This document shows positions 27,913 through 40,372 of a stretch of 64,000 nt of DNA, piece by piece. The notes below the pieces were generated by a model. It was not told the DNA's origin. It searched no databases and was given only the letters and a program-made list of their open reading frames with translations. Positions within the stretch are counted from its first letter, which is position 1. The number at the start of each line of letters is the position of its first letter. Location of the stretch: contig CAWDXG010000004.1 of NCBI GenBank assembly GCA_963806225.1, forward strand, positions 1,792,001 to 1,856,000. Reading direction: 5' to 3'. The stretch comes from an uncultured delta proteobacterium. GTDB lineage: Bacteria > Myxococcota_A > Polyangia > Polyangiales > Polyangiaceae. The position numbers were made by a program, and so were the translations under genes.

Positions 27913-28362
27913 ATGGACGACACCGAGGCGCGGGATCTCGAGACGCTGACGCCGAAGATGCCGACGAAGATAGGCGGCTTCGCGCTGGCGATCACCGGTA
28001 TCTTCACGGTGGTGATGGCCGCGCAGACGTATGCGGTGTGGATCATGCGAAGCTGGCACATCGCGGTGCCGTTGGTGATGCTCGCCCTTGGGGTGAGCGG
28101 CGTGTTCCTGGGCATGAAAGTCGCTACGCTGCGCGGCTGGGCGTCCATCGCGGGCACTGCGGTCGCTGCGCTATCGACGCTGGTCTTCGGCGCGTGGGGA
28201 GCGTACGGCTTCCTGCACGGCTTCATCTCGCTGCTCGGGCTCGCGATCGTCCCCATGTCGGCGATCGCCTGCGCGCTGTCCGCAACCACCATCTCGGCCG
28301 GCATCCGCGCCGACGACGCCCGCGAGCGGTTGCACAAGAGCGGCCTGCGCTTGGGTTTCTAG
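27913..28362 (+). CDS. Four-TM membrane protein
   Basis: Four hydrophobic segments, GC-rich third positions. Confidence 0.7.
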   Translation: MDDTEARDLETLTPKMPTKIGGFALAITGIFTVVMAAQTYAVWIMRSWHIAVPLVMLALGVSGVFLGMKVATLRGWASIAGTAVAALSTLVFGAWGAYGFLHGFISLLGLAIVPMSAIACALSATTISAGIRADDARERLHKSGLRLGF

Positions 28363-28373
28363 CCGCTTCAGCG

Positions 28374-29304
28374 ATGCCCGCCACGAAGCTCGCCGAGCTT
28401 GTCGCCCTGCAGCGCCGCTACCACGGTGCTCGGCGACTGCGCCGGAGCCTGGGTGACGGCTACCTGTACACGGAAAATCCCTTCTTCCGCCGTATCCGCG
28501 ACGCGGCGCTCGGCGCGGGCTTCCGCTACACGCTCGACGATCCGGGCGCGTACTTCGGCTTTCCGCTGACGGCGCTGCCCACGCTGCTCGCCACACGCCG
28601 CATCCCCTATCGCGCGAGCTTCGACGCCGTGCTCGCGCTCGAGCAGAGCCGTCCCGGCTTCTTCTCGCTCCGCGATCTCGAACAGAACCGCCCCGCGCCG
28701 AACTATCTCCTGCACGAGTCGGCGCACGCCGTCGCCTTCGCCGCAGTGTTCGGCCGCCCGCGCGACGTGCGCGGCGCGCTCGGCGATCGCTCGCGGCTCG
28801 TGCACGTGATGCTTGGCGAGGCCTACGCGATGACGGCAGAGTACCTCGCCGCTTGCGCCGTCCAGGGGCCGCTCCACGCTTGGCTGTTCTCTATTAGCTC
28901 GTACCGCCACCGCACCCAGAAGAAGAAGGTCGCGGGCGAGCTCATCGAGCAGATCGGCCTCGGGGCGATGACCTGGGCGCTGATGGCGGCGTTCCTGTAC
29001 AATAACTTCCTGGTCGATCGCCTGCGCCCGGCCCAGGTCGAGCGGATTCTCGAGCTGGGCCCGCAGACAGCGGCGCTTTCGCGCGACGCGGCGCTCGTCC
29101 GGCGCCTCGGAAGCTGCCTGTCGGGACTGATGGTGATGAGCCCGGAGTTCCGGCTCGACACCTCGCGGCTGTTCCTGACGAGCCTCGGCTATCCGCGCGA
29201 CATCCGCCGCGTGCTCGCCTTCGGTCCGCTCGACGCCGTCGAGCGCGACGAGGATCTCCGCGCGGGCATCGCGCGGCTTTCCGCCATCCTGTCCGGAGAG
29301 CGGC

Positions 29305-29324
<20 letters not shown>
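28374..29324 (+). CDS. Hypothetical protein with HExxH motif
   Basis: LLHESAHAV followed by LGEAYA. Confidence 0.65.
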
Positions 29325-30684
<1,360 letters not shown>

Positions 30685-30876
30685 GGCGCGCATCCTAGTT
30701 CAGGATGACGGCGCAAAGGAACCGGCTCGAGGCGCGATTGGCGCGGCCCCTGCGCGCGAGCTAGAATTGGCTTCCCCTCGCGTGTTCCAGTACCCCCGCG
30801 CACACGACTCCGACGACGCGGGCGTCGAAGGCGACATCCCCCAGCGCGTCGCCACGGCGCCCCAGGAGCTCCCCGC

Positions 30877-32535
30877 ATGAGCTGGTGGCGGCAGACCACC
30901 GTCTACCAGGTGTACCTGCGCTCGTTCGCCGACGGCAACGGCGACGGGGTGGGCGACATCGCGGGACTGATGTCGAAGCTCGACTACCTGCACTCGCTTG
31001 GGGTCGAGACGCTGTGGCTCTCGCCCTTCTACTCGAGCCCGCAGGCCGACTTCGGCTACGACGTGAGCGACTATTTCCAGATCGCTCCAGAAATGGGCTC
31101 GCTCGACGACTGCCACCGGCTGATCGACGAGGTCCACGCGCGCGGCATGAAGGTCGTGTTCGACATGGTCCTGAACCACACGTCGGACCACCATCACTGG
31201 TTTTCGGAATCGCGCGCGAGCCGCTCGTCTCCCCGCCGCGACTGGTACATCTGGCGCGACGGGAAGAAGCCCGGCGGGCGCGCGCCGCCCAACAACTGGC
31301 GCTCGATGATCGGCGGCTCGGGTTGGCACTACGACGAGCGCACCGACCAGTGGTACTGGGCGAGCTTCCTGCCCTTCCAGCCGGACCTGAACTACCGCAA
31401 TCCGGAAGTGAAAGAGGCCATGCTGGGCGTCGTCCGGCACTGGCTGGGCGCCGGGGTCGACGGGCTAAGGCTCGACATCTTCAATGCGATCTTCAAGGAC
31501 GCCTCGTTCAAGGACAATCCGCGCTCGCTCCGGCTGGTACCGAGCGAGGACGACCCGTCGAGCTTCTTCCAGGAGCCGCGTCACACCATCGACCATCCGG
31601 ATACGCTGGCGTTCGCGCGGGAGCTCCGGCGCGTGGTCGATGAGGTGCCCGGGCCGCCGCGTTTCATGGTGGGCGAGGTGTTCGGCTCGCCGCGCGCGCT
31701 CCGGCGCTACTGCGGCGACGGCGACGGCCTGCACCTCGTGTTCCTGTTCAAGGCCCTGACCACAGCCTTCCGCGCCGACGCCTTCCACGCGCTGATCGAG
31801 GAGGTGGAGCGCGAGTTCGCCGACCCGCTCCTGCCCACCTGGGTGTTCGGCAACCACGACCGGCCCCGCTTCATCGAGCGGCTCGGCGACGACGCCCGCA
31901 AGGCCAAGCTGGTCGCCGCGCTGCAGCTCACCGCGCGCGGCGTACCCTTCGTGTACTACGGCGACGAGATCGGCATGAGCCATCACGACGTGCCGCCCGA
32001 CCAGGCGCTCGATCCGATCGCGCACCGCTTCAAGCGCGTACCGCGCTGGCTCCGGCCCGGGCTTCGCAAGCGCGGCATGCTCCTGAATCGCGACGCCTGC
32101 CGCCGCCCCATGCAGTGGCACGCGGGGGAACACGCCGGCTTCACCGCACACGAAAAGCCGTGGCTACCGGCGCACCCGCATTCGAGCGCCGTCAACGTGG
32201 CCGCGCAGCACGCCGATCCGGGCTCGCTGCTTTCGACGTACCGGCGCCTGCTGTCGCTGCGCCGCGAAAATGCGACGCTGCACTCCGGACGCCTCGCGCT
32301 CGTCGACCGCGCGAGCCTGCCGCGCTCCGTGCTCGGCTACCGGCGCGAGCACGACGGCGCGCACGCACACGTGCGGCTGAACTTCAGCGATCGCCCCGCG
32401 CGCGTGGATCTCCGCGACGCGCCGCACGCCGCCATCCACTCCAATCTGCGCGACGACGCGCGTTCCGCAGCACAGAGCTACGAGCTCGAGCCGTACGAAG
32501 CGATTGTCCTGACGGGATGGGTGGCCGGCCGATAG
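30877..32535 (+). CDS. GH13 alpha-glucosidase / oligo-1,6-glucosidase
   Basis: DGNGDGVGD, LNHTSD, QPDLN, GLRLD, GEV, NHD. Confidence 0.93.
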   Translation: MSWWRQTTVYQVYLRSFADGNGDGVGDIAGLMSKLDYLHSLGVETLWLSPFYSSPQADFGYDVSDYFQIAPEMGSLDDCHRLIDEVHARGMKVVFDMVLNHTSDHHHWFSESRASRSSPRRDWYIWRDGKKPGGRAPPNNWRSMIGGSGWHYDERTDQWYWASFLPFQPDLNYRNPEVKEAMLGVVRHWLGAGVDGLRLDIFNAIFKDASFKDNPRSLRLVPSEDDPSSFFQEPRHTIDHPDTLAFARELRRVVDEVPGPPRFMVGEVFGSPRALRRYCGDGDGLHLVFLFKALTTAFRADAFHALIEEVEREFADPLLPTWVFGNHDRPRFIERLGDDARKAKLVAALQLTARGVPFVYYGDEIGMSHHDVPPDQALDPIAHRFKRVPRWLRPGLRKRGMLLNRDACRRPMQWHAGEHAGFTAHEKPWLPAHPHSSAVNVAAQHADPGSLLSTYRRLLSLRRENATLHSGRLALVDRASLPRSVLGYRREHDGAHAHVRLNFSDRPARVDLRDAPHAAIHSNLRDDARSAAQSYELEPYEAIVLTGWVAGR

Positions 32536-32592
32536 CTGACCACCGCACGACCACCCCATGCTGCCATCCGCGGGGCGAGGCGTTCGTCGCGT

Positions 32593-32962
32593 TCACAAGC
32601 CCGGTGGCCAGCAGACCACCGACCCGTTCGTCCGGACCGCGCAGGCGTGGTTCGCGGTCGTGGACACGTCGACGAAACGCCCAGCAGGCGCCGTGATCGT
32701 CACTCCGACCCAGGGATCGGCCCAGCACACGATCCTCTGGTCGCTGGAGAGCGCGCACGCGATGCCGGCGCCAACCGTCACCTGCGTAGCAGCCGTCGCT
32801 GGAGTCGGCCCCGCGCCACCCGCTCCTGCTGCGCCGAGCGGCGGCGTGCCACCGGCGCCCATCCCATAGCCGCCTTCGTCGCCGAGCAGCAGGCCGCTGC
32901 GAGCGCCGCAGCCGGAGAGCGCGAGAACAAGACCCGCGAGCAGCGCCTCACGGAATGGCAAT
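32593..32962 (-). pseudogene. Short or truncated RCC1-like repeat lipoprotein
   Basis: Lipobox LSGC then two repeats (VGAGIACAL..IVCW; ANHACAVRTNGSVVCW) and an early stop; start uncertain. Confidence 0.5.
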
Positions 32963-33343
32963 CGTCGCCTCGCAGATGTTGCCCTCCGTTCTGCAGTGGT
33001 TTGGCCTTTCGGTCGAATAGAGCTTCTGTCCCGAGTCGGACACGATGTCGACGGAAAGCGCACCCGGCATGTCGGCTCGGTGGGGATAAGGGAACACCAC
33101 AGTCACACCGACACCGATGAAGCAATCACTGCTCAGCGCTATTTCGCACGACGCAGGCGAGTAGGTCTTGCAATCCTCTCCCGCGCAAGCGGTCGCGCTC
33201 CAGTCCCTGCCCTGTACGCGTGAGGAGGAACTCATGTCGATCGCGACCCAAAGCTCGATAGGCCCGTCGTCTGGCGGCGGCGCGGAGCTGCCGCAGGACA
33301 CCAGAAGAAGGACCGCGACGAACACAAGGACGAAGGAACGCAT
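32948..33343 (-). CDS. Small Cys-containing lipoprotein
   Basis: MRSFVLVFVAVLLLVSC; ATG overlaps the upstream TGA. Confidence 0.7.
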   Translation of the reverse strand: MRSFVLVFVAVLLLVSCGSSAPPPDDGPIELWVAIDMSSSSRVQGRDWSATACAGEDCKTYSPASCEIALSSDCFIGVGVTVVFPYPHRADMPGALSVDIVSDSGQKLYSTERPNHCRTEGNICEATIAIP

Positions 33344-35160
33344 CACTGCCACCCACAGCCTGCCGGGTTGACGACCGTCGTGCCGTTCTTCAACTGCCCA
33401 AGCAGCGCGCTCGTGCCGGTCACAGGACGCCCGCCCAGCTCGTTGCGACCAGGGTAGCAACCTGGGCCCGTGATGTCGTGAAGCCCGAGATCACCGCCGA
33501 GGAGGCCGGAGAACCGGTCCCAGATGAGGTAGCGCAGTTGGTCCCGACGCAGCGCACCCACATTGCAGGTCTGGCCGGGAGGACAGGGACGGCAATTCGA
33601 GCCGTTGGGACAGACGAAACCCTGCGACAGCACGACACGGTAGCCATCCGGCTGCAGATCGACGCGTTCAAACGGTAGCTCGAGCCGGCAGCGGTACGGG
33701 GTCGGAATGCGGATGAGCCCCTGGTCGATCAGCGGGGCGAGGTCGCGCGCATCACACGAGTACGGATTTACCTGACCCCTGAAGACGCGGCAGTAGGCTG
33801 GGGCGTTCGAGCAGGCGGCCTTGTCGTCCCCGTTCTCGACCGCGTGGTCCGGATCCAGCATATCGTAGCAGGGCTCGCACTTGTGCTGGATGGGAACGCA
33901 CATCGTTCGAGATGCACGAGCCCGCAGGACCCGGGGCGTCGGAGAGCAGGACTGTGCTGGTCACGCGCTGGTTGGCGAGCTCCTGCCGGAAAACCGGACC
34001 ACCGACGCCCGTGATGGGAGCCAGCGCACGCTGGTAGTCCGGGATGGGAGGTGTCAGCGCCTCGTTGGCCGCGTACACATCGGACTGCAGCTGGCCGAGC
34101 AGGTTGGCGCTCACCGTGTCGGCGCTGCCGGCTGCAACGCCTTCCGCGATCTTCTGGTAGCTTTTGATATCCAACGTCGAGTCGATCACAAGCGCGTCGA
34201 GCAGGCTGTTCGCCCAGGAGAAGCCATCGCAGTTCCCGAGCGAAATCTGCGGGTCACCGTTGATCTCCGACGGCGCGAAGCGGATCCGGTTGTAGTACGG
34301 TCGGGTGGGTCGCCATCGATCCGGATCCTCAACTTCCAGGTCGCATGGAAGGGACAGGTGACGTGGTCACCGAAGACCGTGGTGTCCACATGACCGTGCG
34401 CATCCAGATCCGCCTGTAGCTCGTCGGGACCGGCGGTTCGCAGCACGGGATGCCGGGCGAGATCGGCGCCCTGGAGCGTATCGCCCCGCAACATGGACGC
34501 GACCAGAAGGCGCACGCTGGTGGTGGTTATGTCGAGCGTGCCGACGGGGAACGATCCGGGTGCGTGCTGCGTCTCGGCGGCATGGTCGAGACCGACTTGA
34601 ACGAACCTGTGCATGCGTAGGAAGGCCGAACAGCTACCGTAATCGTACTGGCGGAAGTAGCCGTAGGGGTCGGCAATGGTGTGATAGTAATCGGGCGCAA
34701 GGTCGCCGTAGTTCAACCTTCCGAAGGGATACGACACAACATTGCCGGAGAAGTCCTTGCAGAGCGGGCTGGCGGTAAGGCCCGCAAGCGTGAGGGGCGT
34801 GTCTGGTCCGAACCTGTCGTTCGCACCGTGCCTGTTCAACGTGGCTCTCCACCCGAACTCGAGGAACTTGCCGTAGGGGGGGTTGGTCAGGTTCGCCTCC
34901 AGCTCTTCCAGATCCGGCGTGATGCGGCCGAATCCGTCAGCGCGCTGTGCATGTCCAGCCGCCGCGCCGAAATCTGCAGCGGCGCGCCCGGGGCGCCAGG
35001 CTGGCCACAGCCGCACCCCGGACTGCCCGTGCGCAACACCGTTCGCCACACCGGCGATCGGGTCGAATTGTACGAGCCGAGCAGCAGCGCGCCGAGGATC
35101 ACCAGCAGTGCGAGCTGCAGGCGCCGCGGACGCCCTCGTGCACGCACGACTTCCGTCGTG
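33343..35160 (-). CDS. Unknown Cys-rich exported protein broken by frameshifts (~33900, ~34310, probably ~34950-35050)
   Basis: Three to four overlapping minus-strand frames join into plausible continuous protein; hydrophobic LQLALLVILGALLLG near the 5' end. Confidence 0.5.
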
Positions 35161-35161
35161 C

Positions 35162-35176
35162 TGGCACACTCATTGC
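35162..35176 (+). promoter_or_regulatory. Consensus sigma-54 motif with no obvious downstream CDS
   Basis: TGGCAC-ACTCA-TTGC. Confidence 0.35.
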
Positions 35177-35335
35177 CCCCCGCTACGCATCGCGTCACTC
35201 CGCCGTATCCAACCCATGGCGCACCCTCTTTCTCGTCAATACTGCACGAGCGCGATCCATAGGGAACCTGCGCTCTCGGGACGTCAAGGGTGAACGGTGG
35301 AGACCGCAATACTCCGGAAATTGCAATATGAAATG

Positions 35336-35358
35336 CGGAGTTCCGTTGCGGAACTCCG
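35336..35358. terminator. Perfect 10-bp stem hairpin
   Basis: CGGAGTTCCG-TTG-CGGAACTCCG, 45 nt past the stop of the minus-strand gene at 35404. Confidence 0.55.
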
Positions 35359-35403
35359 ACAACCCTGCTGCATCCGCTGAATTGCGGCGCAAGCGCGCAG
35401 TCG

Positions 35404-36297
35404 TTATCGCGCCGTCACGCTCGTCCGCGCCGTGTCGGCGCCCTGCGGCGCGCCGAGCAGTACCTTCTCCGGCCCCTGGAGGATCAGGTCCGCCAGAAGA
35501 TCGCGCTGCTCGGGCGTGAAGATCGCGAGCAGCGTGTCGGTGCGCTGGCCCGCTTGGGCGACGCGGTCGCGGAGGATGGCGAGCTTGTCGGCGCGGAAGG
35601 CCTCGAGGGCGGAGTCGAAGTTGTCGCCCTTGAAGGCGTCCACCAGAGCCAGAAGCTCGGCACGGCTCGGGCGCAGGTGCTTCTTTTCGCCGAAGAGCTG
35701 CTTCTTCATCGACTCGAGCTCGTCGACCTGGCGCTGGGACAGCATCAGGTAGGAAGCGAGGCGCCCGAAGCCGTGATGACGGCCGCGATGACGGTGCCCG
35801 TACTTCTCGTCGATGCGCGCGCGCAGCGCGGCCGCGACGGCCTTGCGTTGGTCGGGCTTCAGGATCGCGTGCAGCTCCTCGAGCGCGCTTTCGGTGGCGT
35901 CGGCGCGTTGCTTGAAGACGCGCACCGCCTCGTCCACCGACTTGTTGAACACCCTGGAGTCCGCGGTGCCGGAGCGCACCACCGCCGCAGCGGAAGCGCG
36001 GAGCTCCCTGTGCATCGCGCGGCGACCACTGCGGTCGACCTGGAGCTCGCTCTCGATCGTCGAGACGCGCCGCTCCTGGCTGGCCGTGAGCTGGCCGTGG
36101 GTCCGGCTCGCGCGGAGGACCGCGCTCACCGGCCCGTGCAGATGCCGGGCGCTGTGCGCGGCGAGCGCTTTGGCCGGGATGTCCTGCTTCTGCGCCGGAT
36201 CGTCGACCCGGGCGGCGCAGGCGACCACTCCGAACAGGACGGCGGCGGCGGAAAATGCGAGAACGCGACGAGCACGGCGACCGGCTTGGCTCCTCAT
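35404..36297 (-). CDS. Lipoprotein with tandem Spy/CpxP-like (LTxxQ) domains
   Basis: Lipobox VVAC; LTASQ, LKPDQR, LSQRQ, FTPEQR. Confidence 0.7.
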   Translation of the reverse strand: MRSQAGRRARRVLAFSAAAVLFGVVACAARVDDPAQKQDIPAKALAAHSARHLHGPVSAVLRASRTHGQLTASQERRVSTIESELQVDRSGRRAMHRELRASAAAVVRSGTADSRVFNKSVDEAVRVFKQRADATESALEELHAILKPDQRKAVAAALRARIDEKYGHRHRGRHHGFGRLASYLMLSQRQVDELESMKKQLFGEKKHLRPSRAELLALVDAFKGDNFDSALEAFRADKLAILRDRVAQAGQRTDTLLAIFTPEQRDLLADLILQGPEKVLLGAPQGADTARTSVTAR

Positions 36298-36347
36298 GCC
36301 AACCAGTCTAGGCCCTGCCGACGACAAAGCACGCCAATCCCACTCCC

Positions 36348-37277
36348 TTGAGCGCTTCTCCCGAATCCAGCCCAGCAAAACGCCGGCGCATCCCGCGTGT
36401 CGAGAGCATCCGCCTCGTGGCCGGCTTCGACCTGCTCGAGTCCCTGCGCTCGCGCAAGGCCATCATGCTGCTGGCGCTCTACCTGCTCGGCTCGCTGGGC
36501 GCGTCCGGGATCTTCATCCGCATTCTGAGCGCGCTGCAGGACCGGTTGCAGGAACAGATGGGTCACGCCGTGCGCATGCACGAGATCATGGCGAGCCCCG
36601 GCATGACCCGGCTGGTGGGCGCGCTCGCCGGCGACCCCGAGGTCGCCAAGGCCATCGTTACCATTCCTCCGATGGCGATCTTCTACGGCTGGCTCGCGAT
36701 CCACTTCGTGCCGCTGCTGATCCTGTTCACGTCGTCCGACGCCATCTCCGGCGACGTGTCGAGCGGCGCGGTGCGCTTCTCGCTGTTCCGCACCGATCGC
36801 ATCAGCTGGGCGGTGGGCAAGCTCGTCGGCCAGACCTGCCTGATGGCGGTGGGCGTGCTGGTCGGCGCGCTGGGGTGCTGGGTGATGGGCCTTGTCTGGC
36901 TCGACCAGATGCCCGTGGCCGACACCGGCTACTGGCTGGTCCGCATCTCCGGGCGCGCCATCGTGTACAGCTTCGCCTACCTGGGCATGGTGATGTGCGC
37001 GTCGCAGATGGCGCGCACCAACGCCCGGGCCGGCGGGCTCGCGCTGGTGATCATGTTCTTCTGCTGGCTTTCGGCGACGGTGCTCCAGGCTGGGCCGATC
37101 CAGAAGCGCGCGCCGACGCTGACCGCGGTGCTGGCCAGGCTGTTTCCGGGCGGGCACCAGCTGGCGCTGTGGCACCCCAGCCTGGTCAGGAGCGGCAGCG
37201 CGATGCTCGCGCTGATCGCCATCGGACTCGCCTTCTTCGCCCTGGGCTTCTGGCGCTTCAATGCGAGGGACGCATGA
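36348..37277 (+). CDS. ABC-2 type transporter permease
   Basis: About six TM; DAISGDVSSGAVRFSLFR; overlaps the ATPase start. Confidence 0.85.
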   Translation: MSASPESSPAKRRRIPRVESIRLVAGFDLLESLRSRKAIMLLALYLLGSLGASGIFIRILSALQDRLQEQMGHAVRMHEIMASPGMTRLVGALAGDPEVAKAIVTIPPMAIFYGWLAIHFVPLLILFTSSDAISGDVSSGAVRFSLFRTDRISWAVGKLVGQTCLMAVGVLVGALGCWVMGLVWLDQMPVADTGYWLVRISGRAIVYSFAYLGMVMCASQMARTNARAGGLALVIMFFCWLSATVLQAGPIQKRAPTLTAVLARLFPGGHQLALWHPSLVRSGSAMLALIAIGLAFFALGFWRFNARDA

Positions 37278-38228
37278 CGGCCGCACTCGAGCTCCGCGGG
37301 CTCAGGAAGGCGTACGGGCGCACCGTGGCGCTCGATGGGCTCGACGTCAGCATCCCCAAGGGCGTCATCTCGGGCTTCATCGGCCCCAACGGAGCCGGCA
37401 AGACGACCACCTTCGGCATCGTGGGCGGGCTCATCCGCGAGGACGCCGGGGAGGTCGACATCCTCGGGCGCGGTCCGCTTTCGCCGCACGAGTATCCGGG
37501 CTCGCTCACGCTCCTGCCCCAGGACTGCGAGCTCAGCCCCCACGTCAGCCTGCGCCAGCTGCTGACGCACTACGCGCGGCTCCAGGGCCTTGGTGCCGCC
37601 GAGGCCGCGCGCGACGTGGAAGCCCGGCTCGACGAGGTCGCGCTTTCCGATCGCGCCGAGGCGCGCATCAAGAGCCTGTCGCACGGTATGCGGCGGCGGG
37701 TGAGCATCGCCCAGGCGCTGCTCGGCAAGCCCGAGCTGGTGCTGCTCGACGAGCCAACCGCCGGGCTCGATCCGGAGCTGGTGATCCGCATCCGCGAGGT
37801 GTTCGCTTCGCACCGCAAGAAGCGCACGCTCGTCATCAGCTCGCACAACCTTCTCGAGCTCGAGGCGCTCTGCGACCACGTGGTCTTCATCGAGCGGGGC
37901 CGCTGCACGCAGAGCGGAACCATGGCCGAGGTGACGGAGCAGGGCCTGGTGATGCGCTACGCCGCGGAGGCCGCGGTAGATCTCGGCGGCGCTTCAGGCG
38001 AACCACCCCGAGCTGGAGATGACGTGGGAAGGCAAGTCGCTGCTCGTGCGCGGCTCGGGGAGCTGGACCCCGGCGAGCCTCAACACGGCCATCCTGCCCT
38101 ACCTCCTGCACATGAACGCGGGCGTGCTCGAAGTCCGCCGCGGCAAGTCGCTCGAAGACGCCTACCTCGCCGGCAAGGCCGAAGCCGAAGCGGACGACGA
38201 GGACGACGAGGACGACGACGAGAGCTAG
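37274..38228 (+). CDS. ABC transporter ATP-binding protein (frameshift near 37990)
   Basis: GPNGAGKTT, LSHGM, LLDEP, SSH; C-terminus (SLEDAYL) in another frame. Confidence 0.88.
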
Positions 38229-38249
38229 GGCCGTTCGCCTGGACGCGCC

Positions 38250-39563
38250 CTATTCCGGCACGGCCGTGCCGGTCTTCGTCGCGTCGAGCAAGCTGCCGAT
38301 GTTGTTGACGACGGCGTCGCGGGCGCCGAGCTCCCCGGTGGCCTTGTCCAGCCAGTTCCACTCGATGAACTTCACGACCGAGGAGTGCTCGAGCGTGACG
38401 TGCGAGATGAAGTTCTGCTTGGCAAAGGATCCGATGGCCATGGTCGGCACGCGCGGACCGTAGGCCTTGCCGTCGACCTTGCTGTCGGGCGGCGGCGGCA
38501 CATGATCGAAGAAGCCGCCGCTCTCGTCGTAGGTGTACAGGATGAGCGTGCTGTCGGCGTAGCTCGAGCTCTCGATGGTATCCACGAGCCCGGTCACGAA
38601 GTCGACGCCGTCCTTGATGGTGCTCTTGTAGCCCGGGTGCTCCGTGCGGAAGCCGAGCGCCTTGACGAACACCACGCTCGGCAGCCTGCCAGCGGATAGA
38701 TCCTTCGACAGCTGCGAGAAGTCGCGCATGTACTTCGGGTTGTCACGGAAGCGCGTGTCGAACTGGAACGGCACGTCGCCGGGATCGTAGTCGCACGGGT
38801 AGCTCTTGATGCCCGCGGGACAGGCGGGGTCGGCGTCGGCGCAATTGATGCTCTGCTTGTTCGCGTCGACCATCGCCTGGTAGCCCTGGAGATAGAAGGC
38901 CCAGGGCACCCCTGCGTCGGCGAGCAGATCACCCACGGACTGGTCGGTCAGCGTGCTGCGCTCGCCGTGCAGTCCGCAGTGCGCGCCGTCGGCGTCGGGC
39001 GTCTTCGTGTTGTCGGTGAACTCGAACTTCGCGGTCGCGAAGTACATGTCGTTCGACGAGCTGGAACCGACCACCGGCTGGAACCAGCGGTCGGCGAGCG
39101 CCGACTTCGCCGCCAGGTCGCGGTAGGGCTTGATGACCTGGGCGTCGGCGTAGGCGAAGTTCCTCGCATCGGAGCAGCCGGAAGCGCCGGTAACGTAGCG
39201 ATCCATGCTCCCGCCGTTGATCTCCTTGACCATGCAGTCGGTGGAGTGATCGGGGTCGAAGGCGCCATGCGCGGCGTCGTCGAGCGCGGTGGGCTGCGCC
39301 CCGGAGGGATCCGTCGCTGGCCCCGCCTCGCAGCAGTCGGGCCCGTCGTTGCACTTCGGGTCGGTTCCCGTCGCCGCCGTGCAGTACTGGCCGTAGTACA
39401 CGTCGAATGCGGTGTTTTCCTGGATCACGACGACCAGGTGCTCGATGTTCGACGCCGTCGCCACGTTTCCCGAGCCGCCGGGGCCGGAGCCGTTGTCGGC
39501 GCCGCTGCTGCAGGCGAAAAGAAGGGAACTTGCGGCAACAAGAATGGAAAGCCGGAATGTCAT
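38250..39563 (-). CDS. Phosphoesterase family lipoprotein (phospholipase C / AcpA-like)
   Basis: Lipobox LFAC; IEHLVVVIQEN, EHPG, YDESGGFFDHV, YGPRVP. Confidence 0.88.
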   Translation of the reverse strand: MTFRLSILVAASSLLFACSSGADNGSGPGGSGNVATASNIEHLVVVIQENTAFDVYYGQYCTAATGTDPKCNDGPDCCEAGPATDPSGAQPTALDDAAHGAFDPDHSTDCMVKEINGGSMDRYVTGASGCSDARNFAYADAQVIKPYRDLAAKSALADRWFQPVVGSSSSNDMYFATAKFEFTDNTKTPDADGAHCGLHGERSTLTDQSVGDLLADAGVPWAFYLQGYQAMVDANKQSINCADADPACPAGIKSYPCDYDPGDVPFQFDTRFRDNPKYMRDFSQLSKDLSAGRLPSVVFVKALGFRTEHPGYKSTIKDGVDFVTGLVDTIESSSYADSTLILYTYDESGGFFDHVPPPPDSKVDGKAYGPRVPTMAIGSFAKQNFISHVTLEHSSVVKFIEWNWLDKATGELGARDAVVNNIGSLLDATKTGTAVPE

Positions 39564-39664
39564 TGGAGCGCCATATTAACGCAACAACGCACTTTCCGGA
39601 CAGCGAGACGCCCCGGCGCGCGATACCGGCGCTTTCGCGCCCTACCCCCTGCTCGAAGGCCAGC

Positions 39665-40234
39665 TCAGCCCTTGCCGAGCATACCCTTCTTCAGACCCTT
39701 GTTGGGCGGGTGCGGGCCAAGCCAGATCGAGATGAACACCTGCGCGAAGTCGGCGCCCTGGATCGTGCCCTTGTAGGCCCCCTTGACGTGGACCTGGACG
39801 CCCTTGTCGGGGACGTAGGTGAACGTGAGCGTCTGGCCGTCCTTGATGTCCGCCATCCAGCTGTTGAGCTTTGCGATGCGCGATTTCAGCGCCCCAAGCT
39901 TCCCGCCCGCGTTCTTCTTGAAGCCCTCGCTCCACGCCTCGGTCATGTCGCTCTTGTCGACGTCGCGAACGAAGCGCAGGTGGATGCGCTTGATCTGCTC
40001 GGAGCGGATGATCTCCTGCGCATTGGACGACTTCTTCTCGAGGTACAGCCCGGCGACGTACACGTCGACGTTGAAGATCGTCGCTTCGCGGACACCCATG
40101 CCGTTGAGCACCAGCTTCTTGCCGTAGATCGTGATGTGATCGGGCATGCTCACCCCGGCGCGCTTCCCGGCGGAAACCGGAATCGCGAACAGGAGGCAAA
40201 GGCCGACGACCAGCAACATTCTGACGAACTTCAT
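39665..40234 (-). CDS. Periplasmic chalcone-isomerase-like protein
   Basis: Signal peptide; LVLNGMGVR...VDVYVAGLYL...IWLG. Confidence 0.85.
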   Translation of the reverse strand: MKFVRMLLVVGLCLLFAIPVSAGKRAGVSMPDHITIYGKKLVLNGMGVREATIFNVDVYVAGLYLEKKSSNAQEIIRSEQIKRIHLRFVRDVDKSDMTEAWSEGFKKNAGGKLGALKSRIAKLNSWMADIKDGQTLTFTYVPDKGVQVHVKGAYKGTIQGADFAQVFISIWLGPHPPNKGLKKGMLGKG

Positions 40235-40372
40235 GATTGACTCCTCCGCCCAGCCGGGTGGGCCGACAAACAAGTCAGGCAAGAAGCAAGCCGCCCGGAA
40301 GCGCCGCGATCCGCTGGAGGGAGCGCAAAGCTTGCGCGGGACACACCGGTGGGGCGGAACGCATGCGCGGCG

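Noticed and set aside
39665..40234. Chalcone-isomerase-like gene as evidence of flavonoid metabolism
   Set aside because: This bacterial periplasmic family is widespread and no pathway genes are adjacent.
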